64,000 bases of DNA from an uncultured Aquimarina sp. (GTDB lineage: Bacteria; Bacteroidota; Bacteroidia; Flavobacteriales; Flavobacteriaceae): contig CANLCT010000013.1 in NCBI GenBank assembly GCA_947489195.1, positions 11,100 through 75,099 of the forward strand, written 5' to 3'. The notes beneath the pieces are model-generated. The model had not been told where the DNA came from. It did no database searches and saw only the letters and a program-made list of their open reading frames with translations. The number at the start of each line of letters is the position of its first letter. Positions within the stretch are counted from its first letter, which is position 1. A program made the translations under genes and the position numbers. Shown here one piece after another: positions 1 to 9,800 of the stretch.

Positions 1-738
1 CACTTATTTGAACAACGATACCAAAATCACTTATTAAAAAAAGCACAAGATAGTCTACAGCAAAGAAATGAAAATTTAAAATCTTTTGCTGGCATTGTAT
101 CGCATGATTTAAAATCTCCATTAGCTAATATAATATCGTTAACACAACTACTAGAAGATGATAATCAAGGAAATTTAAATGACGAATCTAAATTATACAT
201 TGAATATCTCAAAAGCTCTTCAAATACCCTAAAAGATTATATTGACGGGTTATTGGAATTTTATAAAAGTGACGAAATATCTAAATCTAACAAAGAAACT
301 ATCTCTTTTGATGCCTTAATTTCCGAACTAAAACTGATTATTGATCCCGAAAATACTATTGAATTAATCAATACCTCGAGTATAAATTGCATTACCGCAA
401 ACAAGTCTGCTGTTTTACAGGTTTTAGTAAATTTAGCTACAAATGCCATTAAGTACAATTCTAAAGAAAAGGTAACGATAGAAATTGATCTAAAGCAAGA
501 TGAAAATTTTCATTTCATAACGGTAAAGGACAATGGCGATGGAATTGATAAGGCACACATGGATACCATATTTGATCTTTTTTCTGTGGCTTCGTTAGCC
601 GATAAATATGGAAAAAGAGGTACTGGGATTGGTTTGGCTACCGTAAAAAAAATTGTGCAAAATTTAGGAGGTGAAATAAATGTAAGCTCCCAATCCAATG
701 TAGGAACAAGCTTTAAATTTTCGATATCAAAAAACTAA
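1..738 (+). CDS. Sensor histidine kinase, C-terminal part (5' end lies outside the window)
   Basis: Frame 1 is open from base 1. H-box 'SHDLKSPLANI' (His codon 103-105) is followed by ATPase boxes 'NAIKYN', 'DNGDGI' and 'GTGIGL'. The ORF-track entry 253..738 covers only the part after an internal Met. Confidence 0.85.
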   Translation, partial: HLFEQRYQNHLLKKAQDSLQQRNENLKSFAGIVSHDLKSPLANIISLTQLLEDDNQGNLNDESKLYIEYLKSSSNTLKDYIDGLLEFYKSDEISKSNKETISFDALISELKLIIDPENTIELINTSSINCITANKSAVLQVLVNLATNAIKYNSKEKVTIEIDLKQDENFHFITVKDNGDGIDKAHMDTIFDLFSVASLADKYGKRGTGIGLATVKKIVQNLGGEINVSSQSNVGTSFKFSISKN

Positions 739-861
739 CTATTTGATTTGATATAATTTTATAATTTTTGCGTCATCCTATTTTAAAAAAGTCAAAGAAC
801 AAATTAAAGAAGCACATATTATGCCTGCAAACTTGTGAAATTTGCAAAAAAACTTAAGATC

Positions 862-1158
862 ATGGAAGTTAAATTTCACAACACAAAAAATAAAAAATTA
901 ACAAAACTAAATACGGTAATAAGTAAAAAGCTTCAACTATTAAATATGAGTTATCCTTATGTTGTAAAAGCAGACATTTTCTACGACTCGCACGTAAGTT
1001 ACAAGGGAATTAAAAAATCTTGTGAGATTAAATTAAAAACATCGGGACCAGAATTTTCTGTAAATTGCTTTGAAGATAATTACCATAAAGCTGTTGAAAA
1101 CACACTAAAAGTACTCGAATTTCAAGTGCATAATGCATTGCAATTCGCTACGGCTTAA
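862..1158 (+). CDS. HPF/RaiA-family ribosome-associated factor, short form
   Basis: 98 aa from ATG 862 (the track ORF starts at upstream GTG 835). The pattern 'ADIFYD...SCEIKLKTSGPEFSV...NYHKAVENTLKVLEFQV' matches the HPF/RaiA fold pattern. It is a paralogue of 29834..30133. Confidence 0.6.
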   Translation: MEVKFHNTKNKKLTKLNTVISKKLQLLNMSYPYVVKADIFYDSHVSYKGIKKSCEIKLKTSGPEFSVNCFEDNYHKAVENTLKVLEFQVHNALQFATA

Positions 1159-1238
1159 ATTTTTCACCATGCCTTTGCTTTAGTATTAGCAACACAAATC
1201 AAATAGTATTATTTTGCATATAATTATTACACATTCAT

Positions 1239-2297
1239 ATGGCGAAAAAATCAAAATATGCTAAAGCAGTAGGCTTGGCTCCCGGAACTATTATTTATAC
1301 TGGAAATAAGACCAACGCAGATACATTTATTGAAGTTTTTGATTATACAAAATCAAGTTATGTATGTAATGAATTTAGCACAATTGACAATTGCTATGAT
1401 TATAAACATACAAATTCAACCACGTGGATAAATATTAACGGTCTCAATAATACCGAAACTATACAAAAAATTGGTACGCATTACCAATTACATCCACTGA
1501 TTTTAGAAGATATAACAAGTATTCATCAACGACCAAAAATTGATGAATATGATGATTATATCTTTACTGTTTTTAAAATGCTTTATTACAATGACAACAA
1601 TGAACTAAAAGTAGAACACATAAGTTTCGTGCTGGGATCAAACTATGTGCTTTCTTTTCAAGAAGCTGATGGCGATGTTTTTGATAACATTCGTAATAGA
1701 ATAATACAAAATAAAGGAATTATTAGAAGTAATGGTGCTGACTATTTACTCTATTCTCTTATGGATGCCATTGTTGATAATTACTTTTTAATAATAGAAA
1801 CTCTTGGAGAAAAAATCGAAACCATTGAAGAAAATCTTTTTGATAATCCAGATAAAGACAGCGTTCAGGAAATTCAACAACTAAAACGTGAAGCTTTAAA
1901 AATTAGACGCTCTATTTTTCCTTTGCGTGAAGTAGTCAATAAATTAGATAAAACCACTACTTCACTAATACAAGATAAAACAAGAAATTATATTCGAGAT
2001 TTATATGACCATACCATCCAAGTAATTGAAACCATAGAAATATATCGTGATATGCTCTGGGGATTAATGGATATGTATATGACTGCTACCAGTAATAAAA
2101 TGAACGAGGTCATGAAAGTTTTAACCATTATAGCCACCATATTTATTCCCCTTACCTTTATATCAGGAATTTACGGAATGAATTTTGAACATATTCCAGA
2201 ACTTAAATACAAGTACGGTTACCAAACACTTTGGGTTATAATGATAACTATATTTATAGGATTACTTATTTATTTTAAGAAGAAAAAATGGTTATAA
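1239..2297 (+). CDS. corA: CorA-type magnesium/cobalt transporter
   Basis: 352 aa with two C-terminal TM helices and the signature 'YGMNF' (GMN) motif. Confidence 0.9.
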   Translation: MAKKSKYAKAVGLAPGTIIYTGNKTNADTFIEVFDYTKSSYVCNEFSTIDNCYDYKHTNSTTWININGLNNTETIQKIGTHYQLHPLILEDITSIHQRPKIDEYDDYIFTVFKMLYYNDNNELKVEHISFVLGSNYVLSFQEADGDVFDNIRNRIIQNKGIIRSNGADYLLYSLMDAIVDNYFLIIETLGEKIETIEENLFDNPDKDSVQEIQQLKREALKIRRSIFPLREVVNKLDKTTTSLIQDKTRNYIRDLYDHTIQVIETIEIYRDMLWGLMDMYMTATSNKMNEVMKVLTIIATIFIPLTFISGIYGMNFEHIPELKYKYGYQTLWVIMITIFIGLLIYFKKKKWL

Positions 2298-2303
2298 GCG
2301 TAT

Positions 2304-3194
2304 TTATCGCGTAGTATCTACAAACTTAGCATGATCTTGGACCGCTATTGGTTCATTAAATGACTCCGAATATACTTTGGTGAATTCTGCTCCAAAAAAC
2401 AAAATTAAACTTGAGTATGATACCCAAAGCATAATAAGTACCACTGTACCAGCAGCCCCAAAAGCCGAAGCAGGGTTCATAGTACCAAAGTATACTCCTA
2501 ATCCGTATTTGCCCGCGCTAAATAGCAAACTAGTTACAAAAGCCCCTAACCAAACGTATTTCCATTTAATCGTAATATCAGGTAGAATTTTAAAAATCAT
2601 ACCAAATAATACCGTTATCAAGCCTAAGGGTATAATAAAATTGATAAGATGAATAATCCACAATACTGCATCTGGCATATCCCCTTGTATCCAGTCGCCA
2701 ATAGCAGAAATCAGCGCCGTTAATACTAAAGAAATTAAAAGTAAAAAACCAATTATTAAAATTAACCCTAAAGAAAATAACCGATCCTTAAGTAATTTCA
2801 AAAAGCCTTCCTTAGGATTTGGCTCCACTCCCCATAGATTATTTAGCGCTTTTTGAAGGGCAACAAACATTCCTGTTGCTCCATACAAGAGTGTAGCCAC
2901 ACCAATTATAATGGCAAATGCTGTTTGATCTTGTATCAGCGCATTTTGCATTAAATTATCAACTGTTACCGAAGCATCTTTACCCAATACACCTCCAATT
3001 TCATTCAAAATCTTTGTTCTCACTTGCTGTTCATCATAAAACAAGCCTGTGACTTGAATTACTATAATTAATAAAGCAGGAAAAGAAAAAAGTGCATAGT
3101 AACTAACTGCGGCACTCATTTGAAAAGGATCACTAGCCGTCCAATTCTTATAAGTTTGAACAATTAATTGAATTCCATTTTTAAGCTTCTGCAT
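2304..3194 (-). CDS. YihY/BrkB-family integral membrane protein
   Basis: 296 aa, multi-TM. N-terminal 'SAAVSYYALFSFPALLI' and the overall layout are typical of the YihY/virulence-factor BrkB family. Confidence 0.8.
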   Translation of the reverse strand: MQKLKNGIQLIVQTYKNWTASDPFQMSAAVSYYALFSFPALLIIVIQVTGLFYDEQQVRTKILNEIGGVLGKDASVTVDNLMQNALIQDQTAFAIIIGVATLLYGATGMFVALQKALNNLWGVEPNPKEGFLKLLKDRLFSLGLILIIGFLLLISLVLTALISAIGDWIQGDMPDAVLWIIHLINFIIPLGLITVLFGMIFKILPDITIKWKYVWLGAFVTSLLFSAGKYGLGVYFGTMNPASAFGAAGTVVLIMLWVSYSSLILFFGAEFTKVYSESFNEPIAVQDHAKFVDTTR

Positions 3195-3346
3195 AATTCG
3201 TATAATAATTTATATACTACAAATCTCTACAAATACAAGTTACTATCTTAACTCATTTGAGTCTAAAATGAGCTGTTTTTTCAATAGAGTCCTAGTTTAC
3301 TTTAAATGAACTAAGCATTAAGTATCTATTAAAATAACTTGCATAC

Positions 3347-4000
3347 ATGATAAACGACTTAATGCAAAAAAAACTAATATGCTTACTAGGAGTTTCATTC
3401 ATTCAACTATTTATGTTTTCACAAAATTTACAACATACCACTAATAAAATAATTCCTCAAGCTATAGCCATAGAGGTTACAAAAGCCTTAAGTTACTATC
3501 CTAGCCTAAAAAAAACACCCATAGAATTTGAAATTAGAAGCGATATGAAAACTTCATTTATGAAGGCTCAACCTAAGTTTTTATCGTTATTTAAGTCAAA
3601 GAAAAATAGAACGTACAAAATATTAATTAGCGAAACCTTTAGTTTAGAAAATAAAGAGCTCAAATTAACTGCCATTCCTTCAAATGTTTTAATAGGTTGG
3701 TTTGGACATGAATTGGGTCATATTATGGACTACAAAGAACGTAGTACATTAAATCTTATCTGGTTTGGTATTCGGTATTATTTTTCTGGTAACTACATTC
3801 GAAAAGCGGAAAGAATCGCAGACTCCTATGCGGTTTCTCACCATATGAAAGATTACATTTTACAGACTAAAAATTTCATTCTAAATCATACAGAACTTTC
3901 CGAAAAATATAAAGCTAAAATTAAACGCTTATATGTTTCCCCAGACGAATTACTCAAAATTGTCGAAGATCAAGAAACCCAGAAATTGCTCACTCAATAA
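3347..4000 (+). CDS. Hypothetical secreted or anchored protein with HExxH motif (Zn-metallopeptidase-like)
   Basis: 217 aa with a hydrophobic N-terminus and a single 'GHELGHIMDY' HExxH motif. Family not recognised. Confidence 0.45.
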   Translation: MINDLMQKKLICLLGVSFIQLFMFSQNLQHTTNKIIPQAIAIEVTKALSYYPSLKKTPIEFEIRSDMKTSFMKAQPKFLSLFKSKKNRTYKILISETFSLENKELKLTAIPSNVLIGWFGHELGHIMDYKERSTLNLIWFGIRYYFSGNYIRKAERIADSYAVSHHMKDYILQTKNFILNHTELSEKYKAKIKRLYVSPDELLKIVEDQETQKLLTQ

Positions 4001-4009
4001 CTCAAAATT

Positions 4010-5233
4010 ATGGATACTATTTTAAAAAAATCACAAGATTATGTTTTTGAGTTACTCAAAGAGCAGTTACCCAAAAACTACATCTACCACACATTCCTGC
4101 ACACACGTAGGGTGGTTGAAAGCGCTCAAGAAATTATAGAAGCATCAAATATAAACGAAAATGACGCACTAATAATACAGATAGCTGCATGGTTTCATGA
4201 TACCGGATACATAAAAGATCCCAAAAACCATGAGGTTGAAAGTGCTTTAATAGCTAACAATTTCCTTTCTAAAGAAAACATTGACCACAAAACAATACAG
4301 AAAATTGAGGGTTGTATACTAGCTACCAAGCTAGCTGCAAGTCCAGAAAACTTTAATGAAGAAGTACTTAAAGATGCCGACACCTCACATTTAGCTAAAG
4401 ACTATTTCAATAACGTAAGCGATTTATTACGCCAAGAACTCATGGTACAAGGCATTGCTACGTATACTAACAAGGATTGGCGAGAGCAAAACATTAAACT
4501 ATTTACAGAAAAACACAAGTTTTATACAGAATACGCAATTTTAAATTGGGAAGAGAAGAAAAATAAGCATCTAAAAAAATTACTTAAGAAAAGGAATAAA
4601 GCACTTACCAACAAAAAAGAAGAGGCCTTTAAAGCAAAAGCCAAAGCCACTTTTAAAAATGATAATCCCGAACGCGCTATTCAATCAATGTACAGAGTAA
4701 CATTAAAAAATCACATCAAGCTCAGTGATATTGCAGATACCAAAGCAAACATCTTACTCTCGGTAAATGCTATTATAATTTCATTGGCATTGGCTAATTT
4801 AATTCCTAAACTAGACTCCCCCACTAATAAGCATCTTATTATACCCAGTTTAGTATTAGTACTATTTAGTGTAGCCTCTATTATACTATCCATATTATCA
4901 ACACGACCCAAAGTTACAGGCGGAGAGTTTACAAAAGAAGATGTAAAAAATAAAAAAGCCAATTTATTGTTTTTTGGAAATTTCCATAAAATGCCGTTAG
5001 AAACTTTCCAATGGGGAATCAAAGAGATCATTAAAGACAAAGATTACATTTATGAAATACTAACCAAGGATTTATACTATCTAGGCTTAGTACTCCATAA
5101 AAAATACAAACTATTAAAACTAACTTATATCATTTTTATGATAGGAATTATTTCTTCGGTAATTGTTTTTGTATATGCATTTTTCAATTTAGACCTTGCT
5201 CAAGCTGCTGCGGAACACTTACAAAAGCCTTGA
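4010..5233 (+). CDS. HD-domain phosphohydrolase fused to a DUF5706/PycTM-like three-TM module
   Basis: N-terminal HD signature ('HTFLHTRRV', 'AAWFHDTGY'), a Lys-rich linker, then 'MYRVTLKNHIKLSDIADTKANILLSVN' followed by three TM segments. The family call is from memory and needs an HMM check. Confidence 0.7.
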   Translation: MDTILKKSQDYVFELLKEQLPKNYIYHTFLHTRRVVESAQEIIEASNINENDALIIQIAAWFHDTGYIKDPKNHEVESALIANNFLSKENIDHKTIQKIEGCILATKLAASPENFNEEVLKDADTSHLAKDYFNNVSDLLRQELMVQGIATYTNKDWREQNIKLFTEKHKFYTEYAILNWEEKKNKHLKKLLKKRNKALTNKKEEAFKAKAKATFKNDNPERAIQSMYRVTLKNHIKLSDIADTKANILLSVNAIIISLALANLIPKLDSPTNKHLIIPSLVLVLFSVASIILSILSTRPKVTGGEFTKEDVKNKKANLLFFGNFHKMPLETFQWGIKEIIKDKDYIYEILTKDLYYLGLVLHKKYKLLKLTYIIFMIGIISSVIVFVYAFFNLDLAQAAAEHLQKP

Positions 5234-5291
5234 AATTAAAAAGAATTAGAATAAAAAAAACTAGCTATCAGCCACTTAAAAAAATTAAATT

Positions 5292-6818
5292 ATGGCACTC
5301 ATAGGTTCAATTATAAAAGGCGCAATAGATATTAAACATGCATTAACTTCAGAAACTATACATTCTGAAGCACAACAAAATGTGTTAAAATATTTATTGG
5401 AAACTGCTAAGGACACTCAATTTGGTAAAACTTACAATTTTACAACGATTCTTGAATCTGATATTATACAGAAAGAATTTGCAAATCAAGTCCCCTATTT
5501 TGATTACCATCGAATGGAAAAAGAATGGTGGCACTTGCTTTTAAAAGGGAAAGAAAACATTACTTGGCCTGGCCTTGTGGATTACTTTGCGTTGAGTTCT
5601 GGTACTACTGGAAAAAAAAGTAAACGCATACCCGTAACGGATGAAATGATTGAAACCATTAGAAAAGCGGGTATTAAACAAATAGAAGCATTAGCCAATT
5701 TTAACTTACCTGCCGAGTTTTTTGAAAAAGATATAATGATGTTAGGAAGTTCTACCGACTTAACACAAAAAGATGCTCATTTTGAAGGAGAAATTAGTGG
5801 TATTAGTGCTGCTAATATTCCTTCTTGGTTTTCTAGCTATTACAAACCAGGAGAAAAAATAGCTAAAATTAATGATTGGGACCAACGCGTAAAACGTATT
5901 GCTGAAAATGCCAAAAACTGGAATATTGGAGCCATTAGTGGTATCCCCTCGTGGATTGAACTAATGATAAAAGAAGTAATTGATTACCATCAAGTAACTA
6001 CTATCCATGATATATGGCCTAATTTACAAGTATACACTTCTGGAGGAGTTGCTTTTGAGCCTTATGCTAAAAGTTTTAATCAGTTACTAAGCCATTCAAT
6101 AACAGTTATAGATACCTACTTAGCTTCAGAGGGTTTTATCGCTTTTCAGGCACGTCCTGAAACCGATGCCATGCAACTCATTACTGATAATGGTATTTAC
6201 TTTGAATTTGTTCCTTTTAAACCAGAGTACATTTTGCCTGATGGATCATTGAGTCCAAATGCCCCTGTACTTACTATTTCGCAAGTAACCGCAGATCAAG
6301 ATTATGTCCTTTTGATTAGTACAGTATCTGGTACATGGCGTTACCTAATTGGAGATACCATTGAATTTACTGACGTAGAACGAGCAGAAATAAAAATTAC
6401 AGGGCGCACCAAGTTTTTCCTAAATGTGGTTGGTTCACAGCTATCTGTAAACAAAATGAATGTAGCTTTGCGCGAAGTTGAAGAAGAATTTAATATACAA
6501 ATACCCGAATTTACCTTAAGTGCCATTCGTATTGATAACGAATTTTATCACCATTGGTATTTAGGTACAGACAACAATGTAGATAATACTACTATAGCCC
6601 ACAGCTTAGATCAAAAACTAAAAGCAGCTAATAAAAATTACAAGGTTGCCCGCTCCAAAGCATTAAAAGGCATAAAAGTCAGCTGCATTCCACCTATTGT
6701 ATTTAGTGAATGGAGTGGACATCAAAAAAAGAAAGGTGGTCAAGTAAAAATGGAACGAGTTATGGGCGAAGATAAATTTATTGAATGGCAAAAATTTGTT
6801 ACAAGTCAATTGCAATAA
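5292..6818 (+). CDS. GH3-family (acyl-adenylate forming, auxin-responsive-promoter-type) protein
   Basis: 508 aa. 'LSSGTTGKKSKRIPVT' is an ANL-type P-loop-like motif, and the length and layout match bacterial GH3 homologues. Confidence 0.8.
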   Translation: MALIGSIIKGAIDIKHALTSETIHSEAQQNVLKYLLETAKDTQFGKTYNFTTILESDIIQKEFANQVPYFDYHRMEKEWWHLLLKGKENITWPGLVDYFALSSGTTGKKSKRIPVTDEMIETIRKAGIKQIEALANFNLPAEFFEKDIMMLGSSTDLTQKDAHFEGEISGISAANIPSWFSSYYKPGEKIAKINDWDQRVKRIAENAKNWNIGAISGIPSWIELMIKEVIDYHQVTTIHDIWPNLQVYTSGGVAFEPYAKSFNQLLSHSITVIDTYLASEGFIAFQARPETDAMQLITDNGIYFEFVPFKPEYILPDGSLSPNAPVLTISQVTADQDYVLLISTVSGTWRYLIGDTIEFTDVERAEIKITGRTKFFLNVVGSQLSVNKMNVALREVEEEFNIQIPEFTLSAIRIDNEFYHHWYLGTDNNVDNTTIAHSLDQKLKAANKNYKVARSKALKGIKVSCIPPIVFSEWSGHQKKKGGQVKMERVMGEDKFIEWQKFVTSQLQ

Positions 6819-6848
6819 TGGAGAAGATTTAAAATTTAAAATCATTAA

Positions 6849-9800
6849 ATGAAAAAATATAACTATCTACTTTTTACACTAGTATTTCTTGTTGCAGGCT
6901 GTGCCTTATACGAGCCTAAATACCGTGAAGAGTTTAACGAAGCTAATTTTAAAAATGTCAAATTACAGGATATTGAGAAAACTTTTTACTTAATTGGAGA
7001 TGCTGGTTATGCGCAAGCAGGAAAAACTACCGATGCGCTGATGGCTTTTGAAACCTATTTGGCTAAGCATAAAGAAAAAGGAAATTACGCTATTTTTTTA
7101 GGCGATAATATTTATCCAGATGGTATGCCTACTAGTGATGCCAAAGACAGATCCATTGCTGAGCATCGATTAAACACCCAAATCAATAGTGTTAAAAATT
7201 TTGATGGAGAAATTATTTTTATTCCAGGAAATCATGATTGGTATAATGAAGGACTGGCCGGATTAAAACGTGAAGAAGATTATTTTGAAAAAAAATTAAG
7301 AGATAAAAAACTATTTTACCCAACGGATGGTTGTGCTTTAAAAAGTATAGACGTTTCTGATAAAGTACAATTGATAATTCTTGACTCGCAGTGGTTTTTA
7401 ACCGATTGGAATAAGCACCCTAACATAAATGATAAGTGTTCCGAAATAAAAACTAGGGAAGCCATGTTTGAAGAAGTTGAAGGATTATTGAAAAAAAATC
7501 AAAATAAAACGATAGTTTTTGCACTTCATCATCCTTTATATACCAATGGTGTACATGGTGGACAATATGCGCCTGTAAAACATTTGTACCCAAGTCAAAA
7601 AAAAATTCCCCTACCCATACTAAGTTCTTTAGCACTTCAAATAAGAACTAGTGGTGGAGTTTCTACTCAGGACAAGCAAAACAAGCAGTATAAAGCCCTA
7701 GTAAAACGTTTAGAAACCTTAGCTAAAGGAGCAGAAAAAATTATTTTCACCTCTGGACATGAACATTCTCTACAGTATATTGAACATGAAGGTTTAAAGC
7801 AAATAGTTTCTGGAGCTGGTGCCAAAAACTCCTACGCCTCACTAAGTAATAATGGGTTATTTGCCTACGGTGGCCAAGGCTTTACTCGGTTGGATATATT
7901 GAAAAACGGGGCATCATGGGTCAGTTTTTTTGGTGCTAAAAATGGAAAACCCAAACTGTTGTATAAAAAAGAAGTCTTTAAACCCACACCTCAATATGAT
8001 TTTACCAATCTAAAAACAATTACAAATACAAAAATTAGAACTTCGGTATACACTCCCGATGAAAATAGCGAAAAAAGTGAACTTTACGAAAGTGTTTGGG
8101 GAGATCATTATCGCGACTTATATTTTAAACCTATAGAAGCTAAAGTTGCGCTTTTAGATACACTTTATGGAGGTTTGGAAGTAGTACGTAAAGGTGGAGG
8201 ACATCAAACTCGTTCGTTGCGTTTGAAAGATAAAAGTGGTAAAGAATACAATATGAGAGCACTAAAAAAAAGTGGTGTTAAGTTTTTACAATCCACTCTT
8301 TTTAAAAATAATTATGTCGAAGAATCTCTAGAAAATACACTTTCCGAGGATATACTTAAAGATTTTTATACGGCATCACATCCATATATTTTTACTGTAA
8401 TCCCCGAATTATCGGATGCGATTGGATTGTACCATACAAATCCTGATTTATTGTATATTCCAAAACAACCTGCTTTAAAAGAACATAATTTTGAACATGG
8501 TAATGAACTTTACTTAATTGAAGAACGGCCCGAAGAACATCATATTGATTTAGCCTCATTTGGTAAACCGAAAGATATCGAAAGTACTGCGGATGTTTAC
8601 AAAAGATTACGCAAAGACGAAAAATACCGAATAGACGAACAAGCCTATATACGAGCACGCTTATTCGACATGCTCATTGGCGATTGGGATAGACATCAAG
8701 ATCAATGGAGGTGGGCCGAATTTGAACTAGACAATGGTGATCATGTTTTTAGACCTATCCCTAGAGATCGAGATCAGGCTTTTACTAATTTTGACGGAGG
8801 CTTTTTAGGAGCACTTAGGGGAATGATTGGTTTTACCAGACAATTTCAAGTATATGATAAAAAAATTTCTAATGTGCCATGGCTTAACGCTTCTGCATCT
8901 ATTTTAGACAGGACATTAATTCAGAATAGTAGTCAAGATGTATGGTTAAAAGAGGCAAAATATATTCAAAAAAAATTAACTGATACTGTTATTGAAAAGG
9001 CTTTTGAAAACATTCCAAAAGAAGCTAAAGGAACCGATCTGGAAAATATTAAAACTAGTTTAAAAGGTAGGATTGACAACCTCATTGAAACAACTAATGA
9101 ATATTACGAGTACCACGCAAGACTTGCTATAATCAACGGTACCGATAAAGACGATTATATTAGTATAGTGAGGCTTCCCAAAGGAAAAACTAAAATCACA
9201 GTACAACGAATTAAAGATGGTAAAAAATCAGATACTATAAGTAATAGAATTTATGATAAAAAGTTTACTAAGCAAATAAGGATCTATGGTCTGGATGATG
9301 ACGATCAATTCAATGTTTCTGGTATACCCGATAATCCCATTCGAATACGAATTATTGGAGGACATAACAATGATACATACTCTATTGAAAACGGTAAAAA
9401 AGTAAGCATTTACGATTATAAAAGTAAGCCAAATACCATTAAAAAAGATGGTGGAGCCAAGTTTAAATTTACGGACAACTATCAAATAAATAATTTTGAT
9501 AAAGACAACCGAGAGTTAACCACTACCACCATTTTACCGTTGATTGGATTTAACCCCGATGATGGTTTGTTAATAGGTCCAGTAAGTGTAATCACCATAA
9601 GTGATTTTTACGAAAACCCCTTTACGTTACAACACAGATTATCTGGGGGTTATTATTTTGCTACCGGAGGTTTTGACTTGGCATATAGAGGTGAGTTTGC
9701 AGGTATACTTGGAAAATACAACTTATTAGTTACAACTCGATACACAAGTCCTAACTATGCGGTCAACTTTTTTGGATTTGGAAACAATTCCGAAAATTTT

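Noticed and set aside
261-698. Antisense track ORFs inside the kinase gene (261..458, 510..698). The same situation holds for 2377..2652, 4195..4383, 4711..5040, 6341..6526, 7453..7635, 8392..8658, 9228..9485, 11990..12241, 12682..12993, 19028..19270, 31215..31583, 51046..51297, 52405..53070 and 54103..54411.
   Set aside because: All lie fully within, and opposite to or out of frame with, long ORFs that have clear family signatures. They are typical shadow ORFs of AT-rich coding DNA.
1159-1238. A possible Mg2+ riboswitch (M-box) in front of corA.
   Set aside because: The leader is only about 80 nt and is AT-rich with no evident multi-helix structure. An M-box needs about 160 nt.
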